Of a DNA stretch of 64,000 nt, positions 1-42,041 are shown piece after piece. Origin of the DNA: Ylistrum balloti (taxonomy: Eukaryota); the NCBI RefSeq assembly GCF_031769215.1, contig NW_026782525.1, positions 496,001 through 560,000 of the forward strand, given 5' to 3'. Numbering within the stretch: position 1 is the stretch's first letter; every line of letters starts with the position of its first letter. The notes below the pieces were generated by a model. That model was not told the origin of the DNA. It made no database searches and saw only the letters and a list, made by a program, of their open reading frames with translations. The position numbers were made by a program, and so were the translations under genes.

Positions 1-3000
1 TAGAAATATAACAAAGAACTATACACACATATTCAATCATGTGAGTTGGTTGTGTTTACATGTTACATTAATGTATCAGTTTTATCAGTCTTTTAAATTT
101 TATTGTGGTTAAAAACATTTTCAGAACAAAATCAGAAAAGTCCAATAATTGTGATGTCCCACCTATGCATAAATACATGATTTGCGACAATGAATAACGG
201 CACATTTACTTTTCGGTATGCAATACATTTAAACAGCAAAATATTACCAAAGTTCTAAACTATTATGTATCAAATGAGAGACGTCACAACAATCCAATGG
301 GTGTCATGTTACATAAATCTACCTGATCACTGTCTGAGAATGAAGTTATGGTTGGGTTAATAACATTTCTTAAGCTGGCAAGATACAATGTGTAGCGTAC
401 TATGTCGTATGCGACTGAAGTCCCTATTTCCTATGCCCCATGTCCAGATTTTCCTTCTTTTATGATATTACATCCATAATGTTTCTCTGATAATGAGAAA
501 ATGCTCAGTACTTTGTCCTCACGACAGCAAGGTGTTAATTCATTCAGTGTAATGTGTTGGATAAATTCCAGGTTAGAAGGGTGGTATCTAGGGTAAACAT
601 TTCAGGTGCTCTTTCAGTCTGTGTCCATTAAACAGCCTGCTCGAGTAAGCGGTAATGAATAACAAATATCAAAATGTATCGATCCTGGGCACAAAACATA
701 CTATATCTATATCGCGCTAAATATCATGTGCACAGTTGATAGCTTTAACTAGGACAACACTTAATAGGATGGAATGTCACGCCCTATATCGACAGATTTT
801 TACTTACGTTCAGGGGCATCGTCCGGAATGTCAGCCATCTTTAAATCAAATTACCTCCCCTTACACGCCACCTGACGGTGAGTTGAAACAATCTAAAAGT
901 GCATTTCGGGAAAGTTACTTCCGCCCAGGCTTTTCTTGGTTACATATAGAGTTAATATAGGCGCCAACATTCAAAGTGTTGATAACATTTCTAGAACTAA
1001 TTTCTTTTCCGAGGAAAGATATGGATTGTAACTTGCTTACTGCTAAATTATCAGTGGGAGATGGCAAGAAACTCTACAGGTGCCAAGGTAAGGGCATAGG
1101 TAAACACTGTTAGCATTGACTATCAATGTTTTTTCTTCCAAATTTTTTTTTATTTTTTGACATATTTATTGATATAAAATCTTTCTCTTTTTTATAAACA
1201 TAAAATATATCCCGTTACGCATATTATTGTTACTGTCTCATAATATTATATAAAAAAAATATTGATGGTTAAAATATCTTATTCCTTAATGAGTGTATCC
1301 AACAAATGGGAATTAGACCCAACATGACATTTTGAATAATATTGCCATTCCAAAATGAAACACGTTGAAGGGAAGGCTTAACGTCAGGTCCTGTAAGGAA
1401 ATATGTAAAACCATTAATTGAAAATACTGAAATACAAAATCTTTTTGAATCTGGCATTAAATACTGTTGAAAAGAGGTTAAGTCTGCTGTACCATACTGA
1501 GTGGCACAGCAGACTTAAGTGAAGTACCTAAGACTACAATTACCAGCGTCACGTGCATCGCACTTTTTTATATAAAGGCCTTCTTATGATTGTATTTATG
1601 ATATATGGATAATCATATGCTTTATAAAATGCTTTTTACATGTATGATGTATTCACCTCTTATGACAGATAATAATAATAGTATAATTTATATTTATGCT
1701 GAAATTGAGTTGTAACACGTTGTATCTATTCTTTTGTTTGTATGTATTACCATACTAGACTTTGATATCTATTATAAAATATAGTTTTACTGTCGGAAGA
1801 CAATGGCTTGGGCGTATACGTATTTGTCGTTTCAGTCTTTGCAATATGTTAATTATCATATATTAATTTTCTCCCTAAAACATTATTATATGCTCACATT
1901 TGTTAACTTTCAACAATGACTTTAAATGGAATTCCTTTTCTGTTTAACGATCAGAAACATGGTTATGTACACTGGTTTAATTTATTTTTCCAAAATGCTC
2001 TACCAATGAATTCTGATATCTTATCTTTTCAATTATGATACAGCGCTGCATATTCATCACAAATCTATTTCACTTCCTTATCATTTCATCACCTGATAAC
2101 TTCAAAATAAAGAAAACTTCTCTACTAGACATCAAACACAACATCACATGCTTGAAATACACAGGTTAGTAATCACCGCCTTTGTTATCGATCATTTCGC
2201 CTCTCATCACCAAATGTTTTTGTTTAATCGAGGATGATGAATTAAATAATTTGTTGCATGGTAGAAAGATTTTAATAGTTGGTGGTTACGGAGAGGTTAT
2301 GTTTTCAACTCAGATCCTACCTAGATTTTTTAACAATAGCGTATGAAATATAATATTAGTTATAGCAGATTTAGCAGACCCTGGTTCGCCAGAGAGGTTT
2401 CTGAGTAGATACATATTTTGGGTTTTGCTGAGTTATAGATGGCATTTGCTCAGTTTGAAGAAGAAAAAAAAACACCGACAAAACTCTCCCAATTTCAGCA
2501 TAGACCCGTTTCCAAAATAGCTGGCAAATCTCTTGAGAGCAAATGTAAAGAAGTGACTTTACCATTAGCCAATTTCACGATTTTCAGCATTAACCGATAC
2601 AGCCTCAAATCTTTCGAAAGCATCTCCTTAACAGGATGCACTAACACTATGTAGTCGTATACATAATAATCTGTTGCTACATGAAATGTTGACTATTGCT
2701 GTTAAAAGTGGATATGTTAATTGAGAGATACAAGAAAAACTTCCCACTAGATGTGGACTAGAGAACGGGTTTTCCGTAAACAACACCACTGATTATGAAG
2801 CAAACAAAAATCTAAGACTGACTTAAATAAACACTTATAATTAGGTATCGTATAGCCTTAAAGCCTCACCGAGAATATTAAACGCCAAATTATTGAAAAA
2901 CAGAACCCAAAGTTCCTATCATATACGAGAAAAAGATAAAACGTATCTTCAAGCAAGACCGTATAATACAGAGGGATAAGAAACTGCCTACATTTCTTTG

Positions 3001-3399
3001 TAAAGCTATTGCTAAGAAGTTCGAGTTAACTACCCTTGTGTTTACAAACCGTTTTTTTAAAAAGACATTAGTAGTCTTGTCCATTATCTTAGTCACGAGA
3101 CTGTGCTGTGGTCAGTTAGCAGAAATATATCAAATGCGTTTTATAACTATTGAAAAGTTTTATAAAAGAGGGACAAGAATTAACAATTTTTGAAGTACTT
3201 CAGAAAACTGGTCACAGTAAGTGTAGCTATAATTCAGTATGCCATGGATTAAAGCTCATTGAAATTCAAATACATTTATCGGCTTTGCTAAATACAATTG
3301 TTGTATGGAACAATTGAACAGGCTGCGAAATGACCCTCGACGTGTGTTCAGACGAATGAATATAATCGATCGATACTGCACTGATCCACTTTCTCTTTG

Positions 3400-3463
3400 G
3401 TCGTTGCTTAGTGTCTCCAGGCAGCCGTAGGATTGTAAACAGACTGCCTTAGTCTGTGTAAGT
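3400..3463 (+). promoter_or_regulatory. Candidate tektin promoter / non-coding first exon with X-box-like and forkhead motifs
   Basis: GTTGCTTAGTGTC (3403-3415) and GTCTCCAGGCAGC (3413-3425) are each one mismatch from RFX X-box forms. TGTAAACA at 3434-3441. Strong donor GTAAGT at 3458. Confidence 0.4.
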
Positions 3464-4449
3464 GTGGCATTTAAATGAAAACTACAAAGGGTATTATATA
3501 AGGTAGTTTATTCGTTTAAGGATCTACATCTTGTTTGTTACGGATCTCTGGACCAATCTAGGTATGTCGAGTTTATATCGATGCCTTTGTTCATGCTATT
3601 GTCTAATCATCTATGAATGTGAAACATAACACAGTAATTGTATCGACAACTGTATTTCGCGACAAAGCCCATTGACACAATCTACACTTGTTACACTCGT
3701 CAGTCCTATTATAATGTTAATATGTGTGCTTAAGGTGTAGATTCAGAATAACTGTCTACTTGAACAATGAATTATAAAACTATATGTGACTCAGATTGTA
3801 ATTTAAAGCAATTATTTCGCTGTTCCTTCATTCTTTTCTTTAATTCAAATTACTTATTGAATGTCTGCAGCAGTATAAGAACATCTTAATTTGAGTAGAT
3901 GATGAATATTAGTGGTGAGAATCCATCCCAACACAATGCCAAATGGTTGGACGATAATATGTGCCTCTGTAATGGGTGTTGAAATAGATACAATACAATA
4001 ATTTATTTAACCAGCATGACATACTATTATGATTTTTTTTTCACATGTGAATGCATTCCGTAAGCATGGCAGAATCAAAGCCTTGAGTGATTGTTCTGAC
4101 AGATATAATCACTAACAAGGCGTTTTAGTGTGATACTGGTATTTCTTTTTATGATACGTTGAATGTTTTCTCTTTGTTTGAATGATTGGTTCAAATGGCA
4201 AGGATTCCAGATAAGATGATATTGGATATTGATTGTGAAGTTGAGTCAAGAAACATTGTTCAAATTTGTTTATTGATTGTGAAGTTGAGTCAAGAAACAT
4301 TGTTCAAATTTGTTTTTAAATTTAACATAAAAAATGATTCTCTCAATAATGGTCTCGTTGAAGGTTAAACATCAAACCGTTGTTGGCCTAACGAATTAGC
4401 GGTTACATAGATTTAAGCTTATTTTCTATCCATTCCAGAACACTCAAAG

Positions 4450-8776
<4,327 letters not shown>

Positions 8777-11700
8777 ATTGCCATAAGCTTTAGCGAACCA
8801 AGTGAATGGTGGACTTGTTATTTCAATTATATTATTTATCATCGGATGGTTTATGCAAGAATCCTTTTAAGCAAAACGAGTAAATAAATTCGTTAGTACT
8901 GTTAATGGTTAACATTTTACTGTTATCATAGGACTTTGTTACTATTCCGAGTGAAGACTATACTAACTTCGTCTTTCAGTACGAAATCAATGTTAACGTC
9001 TCTGATACAGATGTGTATACTATACACATAACAGCGTCATTGTCAAGAAACTCTTGTCGGTTCGATTTAACTTGGATCAGTATTGCACATATTACTATTT
9101 ATATTCCTGTATATAATTACCGTTGGGTGATGATTCTGTCCACATATTCGTGTGTTTTGATCAGTATTATATAAAGGTGTGGTTACATACAGCTGTGATA
9201 ACATTATAGGAGACGCCGTGTACATTTTCTAATCATATTACATTTTCGTATTGGTATTTCAAAGAAACTTCGATTAAACTTAACAATGTGAAACTAAAAT
9301 AACATAATATATCAACTGTTTTTACCGGCATGAACTTTATATCTTCAGTTTTTTGGGATAGTGCGTTTCGCAATATAAAGTTCCAGTTGTATATTTTAAA
9401 TTTTTCTATGGTATATATACATATGTAATTGGTATATTTTAGATACACATGGAACACACATCATATTCTGATGTTTTAAGTCCAATCTTTTATCAGTGAT
9501 TGTAAGTACTGGAAATATATATCATGTTCCTGGGATATTTTGATACATATAAGCTATTTTTACATTTTTTTTGCATCACATGCATTAGCAACTATTGCAC
9601 AATGTAAATATATTTAATAACTCTTCTATTGGATTTTAAACGACATCCTGTCGCAGACGATGATTTTCCCCAGCATTTAATGCTGTATTTTTTGGCACTA
9701 TAAGTATTTCTGTTAAGTATGTATACATTTATATCTATTGCATATCTGTGATACTCTTTTAGGTTATTTAATATATTCGTTGGTAGGTCTTTGCATCTTT
9801 TGCCTGTCAGTATTTGCACCGTGTGTCACCATTACTTCTTTGTCATCGCGTCATCATTGTGCTTTGTGATGTCATATTACAATTGATCCGTCCTACATAC
9901 TTTACACTGCGAATGTTAACGAAATGAGACCTACATTATATATAATTATTGTTTGCTCAGTCGCGAATTTTGTATGGTTGAACACTTTTAAAAAATAAAC
10001 TGGATGCAGTGAAGTGTTTGTGTTTGTGTTTTATATACGGATATATACAAACCCCATTGGCTGAAGGGCGATAGTTCTTTTTATGTGGGTATTTTTTTTT
10101 TAACTTTTGAGTTACTTGTTACAACGTTTAATGAGAAATTTTGTCAGAATTCAATCAATATATTGTTAGTGTGGAGCTACATGCAAAAGTACATGTATAG
10201 CTTAGCACAGCAATGTAGCATAATTATCAGCTGACAATGATTCCAATACAAATAAGGTTATATTAGAGCATTACTGGGATTTCGGAAAGAAAACAAGTAC
10301 AATGAAAGATGTGTCCGAAAAATCACAACTCTAGCTTAAGACAAGAGACTTCCTTCGTTTTGTATTGTTGAATTTGTATTAAAAATATTATTGCATCTTC
10401 ATAAAATATACATCCTAAACTGGTGTTGACCGACAATAGTATGACATGACAACTTCAATCTTGGAGACTTTACTTTGTACTAATTTTCTTGACAAAATGT
10501 TAACAATAAAACAATAACGACAAATTAACAAACTTAATTCAAACTTCAAATAGACGAACTGATGTTAAACTGTAAAGAAGAAAGATTCAAATAAGAGTTT
10601 AAAAGTTATAAGTGAATAAGATCGAGGACTCTAGAAGGGTAAGCGTCTTCTGCTTCTTGGTCAATCTAAGCAAAGCAAATGATGACGTTTCCAAATGAAT
10701 ACCAGGGTTTTATACAAACTACCAGACATGCCTCCGAGCATTGAATACGTATTCATATCGCACAAGGAGATGGCGACCATACAATTTCTCCAAAATTGCT
10801 GTTAAAATTGAAACAATAGTGACCAAAGATAAAATTTGCGATAGAAGTTGTCTCCATCTCCATTAACCACTAAGGTGTGTAGCAACAATCAGCATATTGA
10901 TCATTTGTTGTCCTCACCAGAAACTCTACATTGCTCAATTTTGGGAATTTGATCAGTCGTGGTTGTACTGTCTATTGACAACATACGTCGTTAACAATGG
11001 AAATCGGGTGGAGGGATTCAAAAATATTGAAGAATCCGTATCTTTTTATTTTATTTTGTATCGTTATTGGGTGTTCAAACATCGATGGATTAGCACCCTG
11101 ACCAATGATACATGACAATCCTCTCCCCATCTCACAACTGAATTTGTCGACTGGCCGATGGTATTTTGCTTTTCACTTGACCAGGACCACTGTATAGCTG
11201 TTACATAGAGGAATAGCAGAATGGTGTTCTACACTAAGTGAACGAGGACAAAATATCTATCTCAATAGATCGGTCTTTGATTCAACAATTTCAAACTTAA
11301 GAGCAATGCAAAAGCGACTAAAAAGTTCACATATTTCAGAATTTATTTAATTCCTTTCAAAATGAATTGTACATGAGACACAAGTGAATAGCACCTTTCA
11401 AAACAAATAATATTCCTAATGAAGCTGTCTCGCCCGTCCGTGACTCTTTGGTGAAGCTAAAGCCTACCGTACGGTAATCTAATGCTTTAACACAACCTGC
11501 GAACGGCAACATAACACGTATCATCTCCCAAAACTGATAGTATTAGATAAAGATATATGTCACTAATTGACATTTTGCATCCTTCTAATACTTGTGTCAA
11601 AATATTGAAGTCAATAAAACCCAAATAAGAAATCGGCGGTAACAAATGTTAATATTTAAATGATGAGGTGAACCAACATCATAAACCAGGCAATGACTTA

Positions 11701-13383
11701 AATATTTGAATATCACACGACAGTCCTCTTCTCGACGCCTCATTCTTATTACGTGTATCCACAGTGAGAAAGGGAGACTGGTAATCAAATATTCCCGCGG
11801 TTCGTTATAGAATTGAGAGTAACTTGCCTCGTGCATTCATCGGCCGTCTGTTGACGTGACCATGTACGTAAGCTCGTGCAGAAAAGGCCTCCGTGTCGCA
11901 CAAGACAAAAAAATCTAAATAAAATACAAACATATCATCTTCCAACAGACCATTAGCATACCAATGGCAACTAAATGTTACTGAACTAACTACCCTATAG
12001 CCATACATAGGGCACTGTGTTATTATCTAGACGCCCAACAGGACTATATCTTATAACTAAGATTTTTTTTAACACGCAACAAATTACTATATTCGGTTTT
12101 TCAATTATTCCTTTCCCTAACCTGTTTTTGCTTTCTAGCTTCATTATCGAGCTGGGGAATCGTTTTTTTCCTTAGGCATTCATATTTTGGGAGTACGACA
12201 GTGGTCCGATTGTCACCCAGAAAAGATCGAGTTTGCTGGTACACACATTTGGTCTCAAGTCTTTGGAGACAGGTTTACAGATAAAAGTCCTGTTTTTCCT
12301 GATCGTGCAAGTAGATTGCAATGATAGAACACTCACTGGTCGATGCATTTATTTCAGCAAACATTATCACTCATTTGTCCGAGTTGCACATGCGCGCATT
12401 TTGTCTCATTGTACGTGAACACCCTCCCATCAACGTCCGTGCTGAATTTCCGATTTTTGTGTGTGCATGTTTTTTCCGTTTTTTTTTTTTCTTTTTCGTA
12501 GCAGCCGAAGGGAGTGGGACACCACAAATGCAAGTATAACAGGTTGGTCAAGCCATTTTTTTTATTGTGCAATGGAATGCATTAATAATTAAAACAAAAA
12601 ATAAAAAAGAGCAAGCTAAAGAACGTGCTTCTTGGTTGCTGAATGAAAAACCGATGAAAATAAATTGAAGAAAATTTTGATTCCTTCCGACCTGATAACG
12701 ATGGAATCATAACATAAAAACTTTAATTTTAAGCCTTTAGTTGCCCAGTATTTTCCCAATAGATGAAATAAAAATCAAATACATTTAACCATGTCACATT
12801 TTATTTTCCCCAAGTACTAAATATCAGTGTGAACTACATGTATCATTGTTTGTAGTGTATTTGCATACCTTTACCTAGTCTGGTCCACTTGTATTCTAAA
12901 TAATCAAACAAATTTTCCATTTTGAAATTGACCTCAAACTGTTTTTCTGTGTAAGTCTTGCTTTGTTTTTGATTTTTTTTTCTTAATTTGTAAACATGTC
13001 AATATCAGCAAAGATTGTGTTTACAATCATTATTTACGCATCATACTCACTGTATTGGATAAAGTTTTTTAAAGCAATATATTGTGTAGTATGCTTTTTG
13101 TAAGTAAAGAGCAGAAGGAAAGTTCTAAATTAATGATCATAATTCTGTCATTCTAAACAAGCTTCAGGCAATCACTTCAGAATTCTACGACAAGTAACCT
13201 ACTGTTGGATAATGGGAGGAGACAAGTGTTATTTGATATTAGATAACAGTTTTTCATTTCCAAAACCATCTGCAAAAATTTTCCACATCTCTTTTTAAAT
13301 ATGAGAATCACCCCACTCAGTATGTACAAGGTTTTAATGCAGACTGCTAGGCCTCTCAACCAAGCTATTCTCCAATCTTGTCT

Positions 13384-13645
13384 ATGTAACAGTGATCATT
13401 ATTTATGTCAATGCCTCCGCTAGGATTCGAACTCAAGACCTCTGGCATACTAGTCTGATGCTTAATCAATTGAGATAAAGAGAAGTTCTCTCTAGCTTAG
13501 CAGTATATTGTGGCTAGTATTCTACCAGGGTTACATACTCTCCTCCCTAGGAAATAACTTGTCTAAAGTTCATACATGGGTGCCAATGTAACAGAGGTCA
13601 TTACTTATTACAATGCCTCCACTAGGATTCGAACCCGAAACCTCT
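13384..13645 (-). mobile_element. Two tRNA-like (Pol III B-box) heads about 200 bp apart, SINE-like
   Basis: Minus strand GAGTTCGAATCC and GGGTTCGAATCC. About 60 nt around each B-box is duplicated (13384-13443 and 13587-13645). Confidence 0.5.
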
Positions 13646-14659
13646 TAATATTGAACAAGAGATCCCAAATCTCATTTGAATATTGAATTTGTTTAAAAAG
13701 GTGTTGCAAATGTTCATGAACTGGTCTTCATTGAATGTACTCAATGATGGCTCAAGATATTTTTATTAAGCACCTATTAGCAAATATCATTTGAAAAAAT
13801 CCCAAAGTATCATTAGATAGCAGTCAGTTACAGGTGGATAATGGACAATATGCTTGTGCTGTATTACTGTCGACATACAAGATGGCTGATAGATGGTGGG
13901 CTAATTAAAAAGCTTTTGATAATTTTACGGAAACCTTAAGGCCATCTTCTAAAAACTGGTACAAGAATTTTGATAACTGAAAAATGTTTCGAGAGAAATA
14001 GGATGAAGAATACAGATTGGTTAATACATATAATACCAAACAATTATTGTAAAATTTTCTGTATTGGAGGTCTCATGACAGAAATGATTGATTCCATCTT
14101 CCTTCCAAAAGGCCTATAACCAATTTGGTGCAAGCGATCCGCAGGTGACATATCAAGATGGAGCCACGGAGTACTATCTACACATATGGGTAGTACCAAC
14201 ATTCTGGCCACAATCCGACTTACAGTTATTTTCAGTATTGGAGGTCTCATGACAGAAATGATTGATACCATGATATTTCCAAAATATACTCAAGAATTTC
14301 GGCATCAAAATCAGAGTGTTGGTTGTAACAGAACTAGAAGTGGGTGAGATGTAAGAAAGTTTTCATTATTAATAGTAAAGTTTTTGTATGCTTATGATAC
14401 ACATATCATCTTGACAGTTGCTTCTTAACAATTTTAAACATTTAAGTCACTTTACTTTTTTTAATGTATTCAGTAGACATAGAAATATCGGTTCAATAAG
14501 TTTTGTTAGTAAAGGGAAATAACTCTACAATTTCGGTCTGTTTAATTTGTGTAAAACTGTTGACTAATCCTGCAAATGCATGTAGACTCAAGTTATCACA
14601 GTATATGGAAGCTGCCTGAATACATCTTCTATATGACATTAAAATGATGTACAATGCAA

Positions 14660-14700
14660 TTCATCAGTAAAAAATCAAACATTCTTGTTTTATTTTGAAA
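14660..14700 (-). terminator. Candidate FASN polyadenylation site (implies a 3' UTR of about 2.1 kb)
   Basis: Minus-strand AATAAA at about 14688-14693 followed by a T-rich downstream element. Other AATAAA candidates exist. Confidence 0.35.
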
Positions 14701-15571
14701 TCTTAACACTGAAAAATAAATACAACAACAATGTAGAGGTCAAAGTACAATAGAATCAATAGTAACTTATACAAAATAATACCCACAACAATGCAGTAGA
14801 CATTTTATATTGTCTATACATCAAATGTATCATAATCTCACAAGCAAACTTCATATAATGGATTTCCTCAGTATTGGTGAACAACATGAAAAAGTCATCA
14901 CTGGAATGTCTTTATAGCTATTCAAAATATTACAATTCAATATTACTACCAGCAACATCATATAACATTGTCCAATATGATCAATAGTAAATGTCAGCAC
15001 GCATTTCATTTCAAACTACAGCCATCATACATAAATCATAAAGATTATGAAAATGGTAAAATATCATTCAGGTTTAAATCATTATACAGTATGAAGTCAG
15101 CAGTAGGTCAACATTAAAATATGATACCCCATAAAATCTCATATTTGCTGTATGTTTGTGGTATAATGATAATTTTACACAATATCAATAATCCCTACAT
15201 TTCTTATGAAGATTCACATTTGTTTTGCAGTACTGCAATACTGTAGGTACACTTACATCGTCTCCTATTCAATTGTACTGGTTCACCTACATGAACTCCT
15301 ATTCAATAGAAATGTAGGAACACCTACACCTACTCCTATCTAATAGCACTTTAGTACATGCACTATGTTTCTACCATCTTAACTTTCATGAAATCATGAT
15401 AATACTGTAAAAGGTGACCAACTTATCATGAAACACAACCAATTAGAAGTATTTTGTTTTCTATAGAGGACGTCCATCCAAGCTTGCTTTATCAAATTAC
15501 TAGTTTTTATTACAGTAAAAATTCCTTTTAAAAAGTAATACAAATGATGTGTGTAATGCAAATAAATAAAG

Positions 15572-15886
15572 TTACCATATTCACAGTAAAAAACACCCCT
15601 CCAGTGTGAAATATTGTAATCGTGTTATTACCAAATTCACAGTAAAAAACACCCATCCAGTGTGAAATGTTGTAATCGTGTTATTACCATATTCACAGTA
15701 AAAAACACTCCTCCAGTGTGAAATATTGTAATAGCGTTATCACCAAATTCACAGTAAAAAACACCCCTCCAGCGTGAAATGTTGTAAATAGTGTTATTAC
15801 CAAATTCACATTAAAAAACACCCCTCCAGTGTGAAATATCGTAAATAGTGTAATTACCAAATTCACAGTAAAAAAAAAACACTCCT
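15572..15886. repeat. Minisatellite, 56-57-bp unit, about 5.5 copies (probably inside the FASN 3' UTR)
   Basis: ttaccaaattcacagtaaaaaacacccctccagtgtgaaatattgtaatcgtgtta repeated. Confidence 0.9.
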
Positions 15887-16762
15887 ATTCATATCAACAG
15901 TAAATACAATCCAATGATCCCTAGAAAATGCTGCTCCATGAACTTAATATCTTCAAACATCATCAACAGGAATTTCAAAATATATACCTAACTACTTTTT
16001 AAATAGGTATCAAAACAAAACAAGTAACTCAATGCAAGGATATAAGCTCTAAGCTTGCTTTCACATCCCATAAGTATCATAATTATGTGTTAAATTGTTG
16101 AATATTTAATAAAAACATTGTTTAAATATAAGTTGGAATGTATACCCGGTAAATTGTTATAAAAATAGTATGGACACCTCAACAAGGGCAGAATATACCA
16201 TAAAAATCCAAATGGACAAATAGGTATAAATCTCGAGTATCTATAGGTCATTGCTGTACATCTGTAAAAACCTAAAATCCAATCTGATGAAAACTAAAAT
16301 GGAAGTCATCAGAACATTTTAACAATCATACAACCATTGTTGAGTAAGTGTCCAAATCAACAGCAAATGTCCGAAGTTGTCATGGAGAAGGATCTATGTA
16401 ACCTACTATCAGAGAAGAATGATTGCTGGATAGTTTACAACACTGTTATTTGTTTTTGAATGATAATCAGGGAAATGAGTGTTTAAAATAAAACATATAC
16501 AAGATTAGCTGTATAATGTCCCTTATTTATGACTCAGCTCTTTAATCTTCATTGTTTTACTTTCAACAGTGTGCCCTATGACAGAACTTTTAAAATGAGC
16601 TAGACACAAACACCATGCAGTTTTGCATCACCGAGATGAAGTCCATGAGATTGATATGATTCTACATTTATCTCTGTGATCCACAACAATCAATGCCAAA
16701 GCACAAGTTACAATGAAATTATTGCACAAAATTCAAAACTGCAGTTTATTATTGATGTCTTA

Positions 16763-39889
<23,127 letters not shown>

Positions 39890-40374
39890 TTTTATACCAA
39901 TAGGTCCTCCAACATCAAATATATCCCTACCTTATGTGTCCTTTTAAAACAAAGGGAAAAAATATTATCACTGCTATTATTCCATTCAATTTGTGGGAAT
40001 ACATGAATAAGTTCTGTAAAACACTATCCTGGTTCCAGGAACATGTACACTGATCACTTTAGAGTAATTAACACAGATGTGCATAGGAATTTCAATTAAT
40101 TACAACTTGTGGTTACTTCAAATGGAGGTGTCATATGCTCAAATAGTAACTCATATCCTATGTAACGTAAATAACCTAATATATATCAGTATCAAAACAG
40201 TTGTCTTATTTTCATAAATCACTTGTAAATTTTTATTTTCTTTTTTTTCTAATTATCAAACAAAGTACACAAACCAAAGGATTCGATAAAAATATACTAT
40301 ACAAACAGAGTGATAAGTGATAAGTCGAAGTAACGTCGAATATTCTACTCATAATACCAAGATAGCAGTGATAT

Positions 40375-41097
40375 TAGACAGGTGAAAACTGGAATTCACA
40401 CCAGATATAAGTGTACCCAGGGCTCTCACATCCCAGATAGGTAAAAACAGGAATTTACATGTGTACCAGAAAAGCTGTTAATCTTAGATAGGTAAAAACA
40501 GGAATTTACATCAGATATAGTGTACCAGAAAAGCTGTGAAGATAGGTAAAAACAGGAATTTACATGTGTACCAGAAAAAATCTTAGATAGGTAAAAACTG
40601 GAATTTACATCAGATATAGGTGTACCAGAAAAGCTGTTAATCTTAGATAGGTAAAAACAGGAATTTACATCAGATATAGGTGTACCAGAAAAGCTGTTAA
40701 TCTTAGATAGGTAAAAACAGGAATTTACATCAGATATAGGTGTACCAGAAAAGCTGTTAATCTTAGATAGGTAAAAACAGGAATTTACATCAGATATAGG
40801 TGTACCAGAAAAGCTGTTAATCTTAGATAGGTAAAAACAGGAATTTACATCAGATATAAGTGTACCAGAAAAGCTGTTAATCTTAGATAGGTAAAAACAG
40901 GAATTTACACCAGATGTAAGTGTACCAGAAAAGCTGTGAATCTTAGATAGGTAAAAACAGGAATTTACATCAGATGTAAGTGTACCAGAAAAGCTGTGAA
41001 TCTTAGATAGGTAAAAACTGGAATTTACATCAGATGTAAGTGTCCCAGAAAAGCTGTGAATCTTAGATAGGCAAAAACAGGAATTCACACCAGAGAT
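40375..41097. repeat. Minisatellite, 60-bp unit, about 12 copies, putative FASN 5' UTR intron
   Basis: tcttagataggtaaaaacaggaatttacatcagatataggtgtaccagaaaagctgttaa. Confidence 0.93.
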
Positions 41098-42041
41098 AAA
41101 TGAATTCAAGTTTCATGAAACAGGAAGTTTGTTGGGTAAAAATGTTTTTTAAAAAATGCATTATTATTAATGGTATTTATATTTATGATGTTATTCGGTT
41201 TGATTTTTTAAAAAAACAGGTAATAGTTGAAGTTTGTTTAAAGAAAAAGCGACATGTTTTGTTAAAGAAACTGTGACATGTTTTGACTGCAGCAGTGAAC
41301 TCAAAACAATAAAATACTTACAATAATATAAGAAATGAAACTGGTAATTGATAATGCTAAATCATTTTGGTAACAATGACCTTGTAAACAACCTTCATAA
41401 AGTTTAATGTCTGGTGCTTGGATGATATTCCATATCACATTTGTTCCATCAGATTAATTTACCCTCAAGTTACAGTACCCTAACATACTCAACAACAGAC
41501 TGGAAAGACAATTAGCATACTGTAGCAATTTATAACAATATATAATCAATCACAACTTTGGTCCTATTATATATTTCTGTTAAACAATTAAACTATATGA
41601 TAAATGACTTCAGGACATGTTAACTATTATGCATATTTAATGGTTAATCATAGTAGCATAATGGGGCAGAGTTCATCATGTTCAGGCCTTAATCAAACTT
41701 ATAAGAGAATGTGTCTATTATTACACAAATGGTGCTCTTGGCTGGAACTCTTGTGATGTAGAGTAAAAAGTGGAGGTGTATAGTCTTTGACTAAGGATGG
41801 CCCTGTAAAGGACCAGCCACTTCACAAAAAGCACCAAGTAAAGTGGGGATGCTGGAAATGCAGTGTTCATAAATAATGTTATATAGTGTCTTATAGATCA
41901 AACATTAGACATGTAATAGTTCTCACTCATTGTCAATTTTTAAAACTTAACTAATGTCAATTCCCTTCTTTAATGGATATTGCCATGTGACATTTAATCA
42001 AATAAATTGTACGATATTGTATCTTGATTTACAAATAATTA

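Noticed and set aside
4226-4316. Short two-copy tandem duplications (45 bp here; 17 bp near 49340; about 43 bp at 55340-55425)
   Set aside because: Ordinary slippage duplications in non-coding DNA, not at splice junctions.
9000-13350. Short ORFs in the tektin-FASN intergenic region (and at 736-4368 and 56000-61000)
   Set aside because: Low-complexity AT-rich translations under 100 aa with no recognisable domains or consistent exon chains.
40426-41109. 227-aa ORF of INSFSGTPISDVNSCFYLSK repeats
   Set aside because: It is the translation of a 60-bp minisatellite (length a multiple of 3) in a putative UTR intron, with no coding features or splice context.
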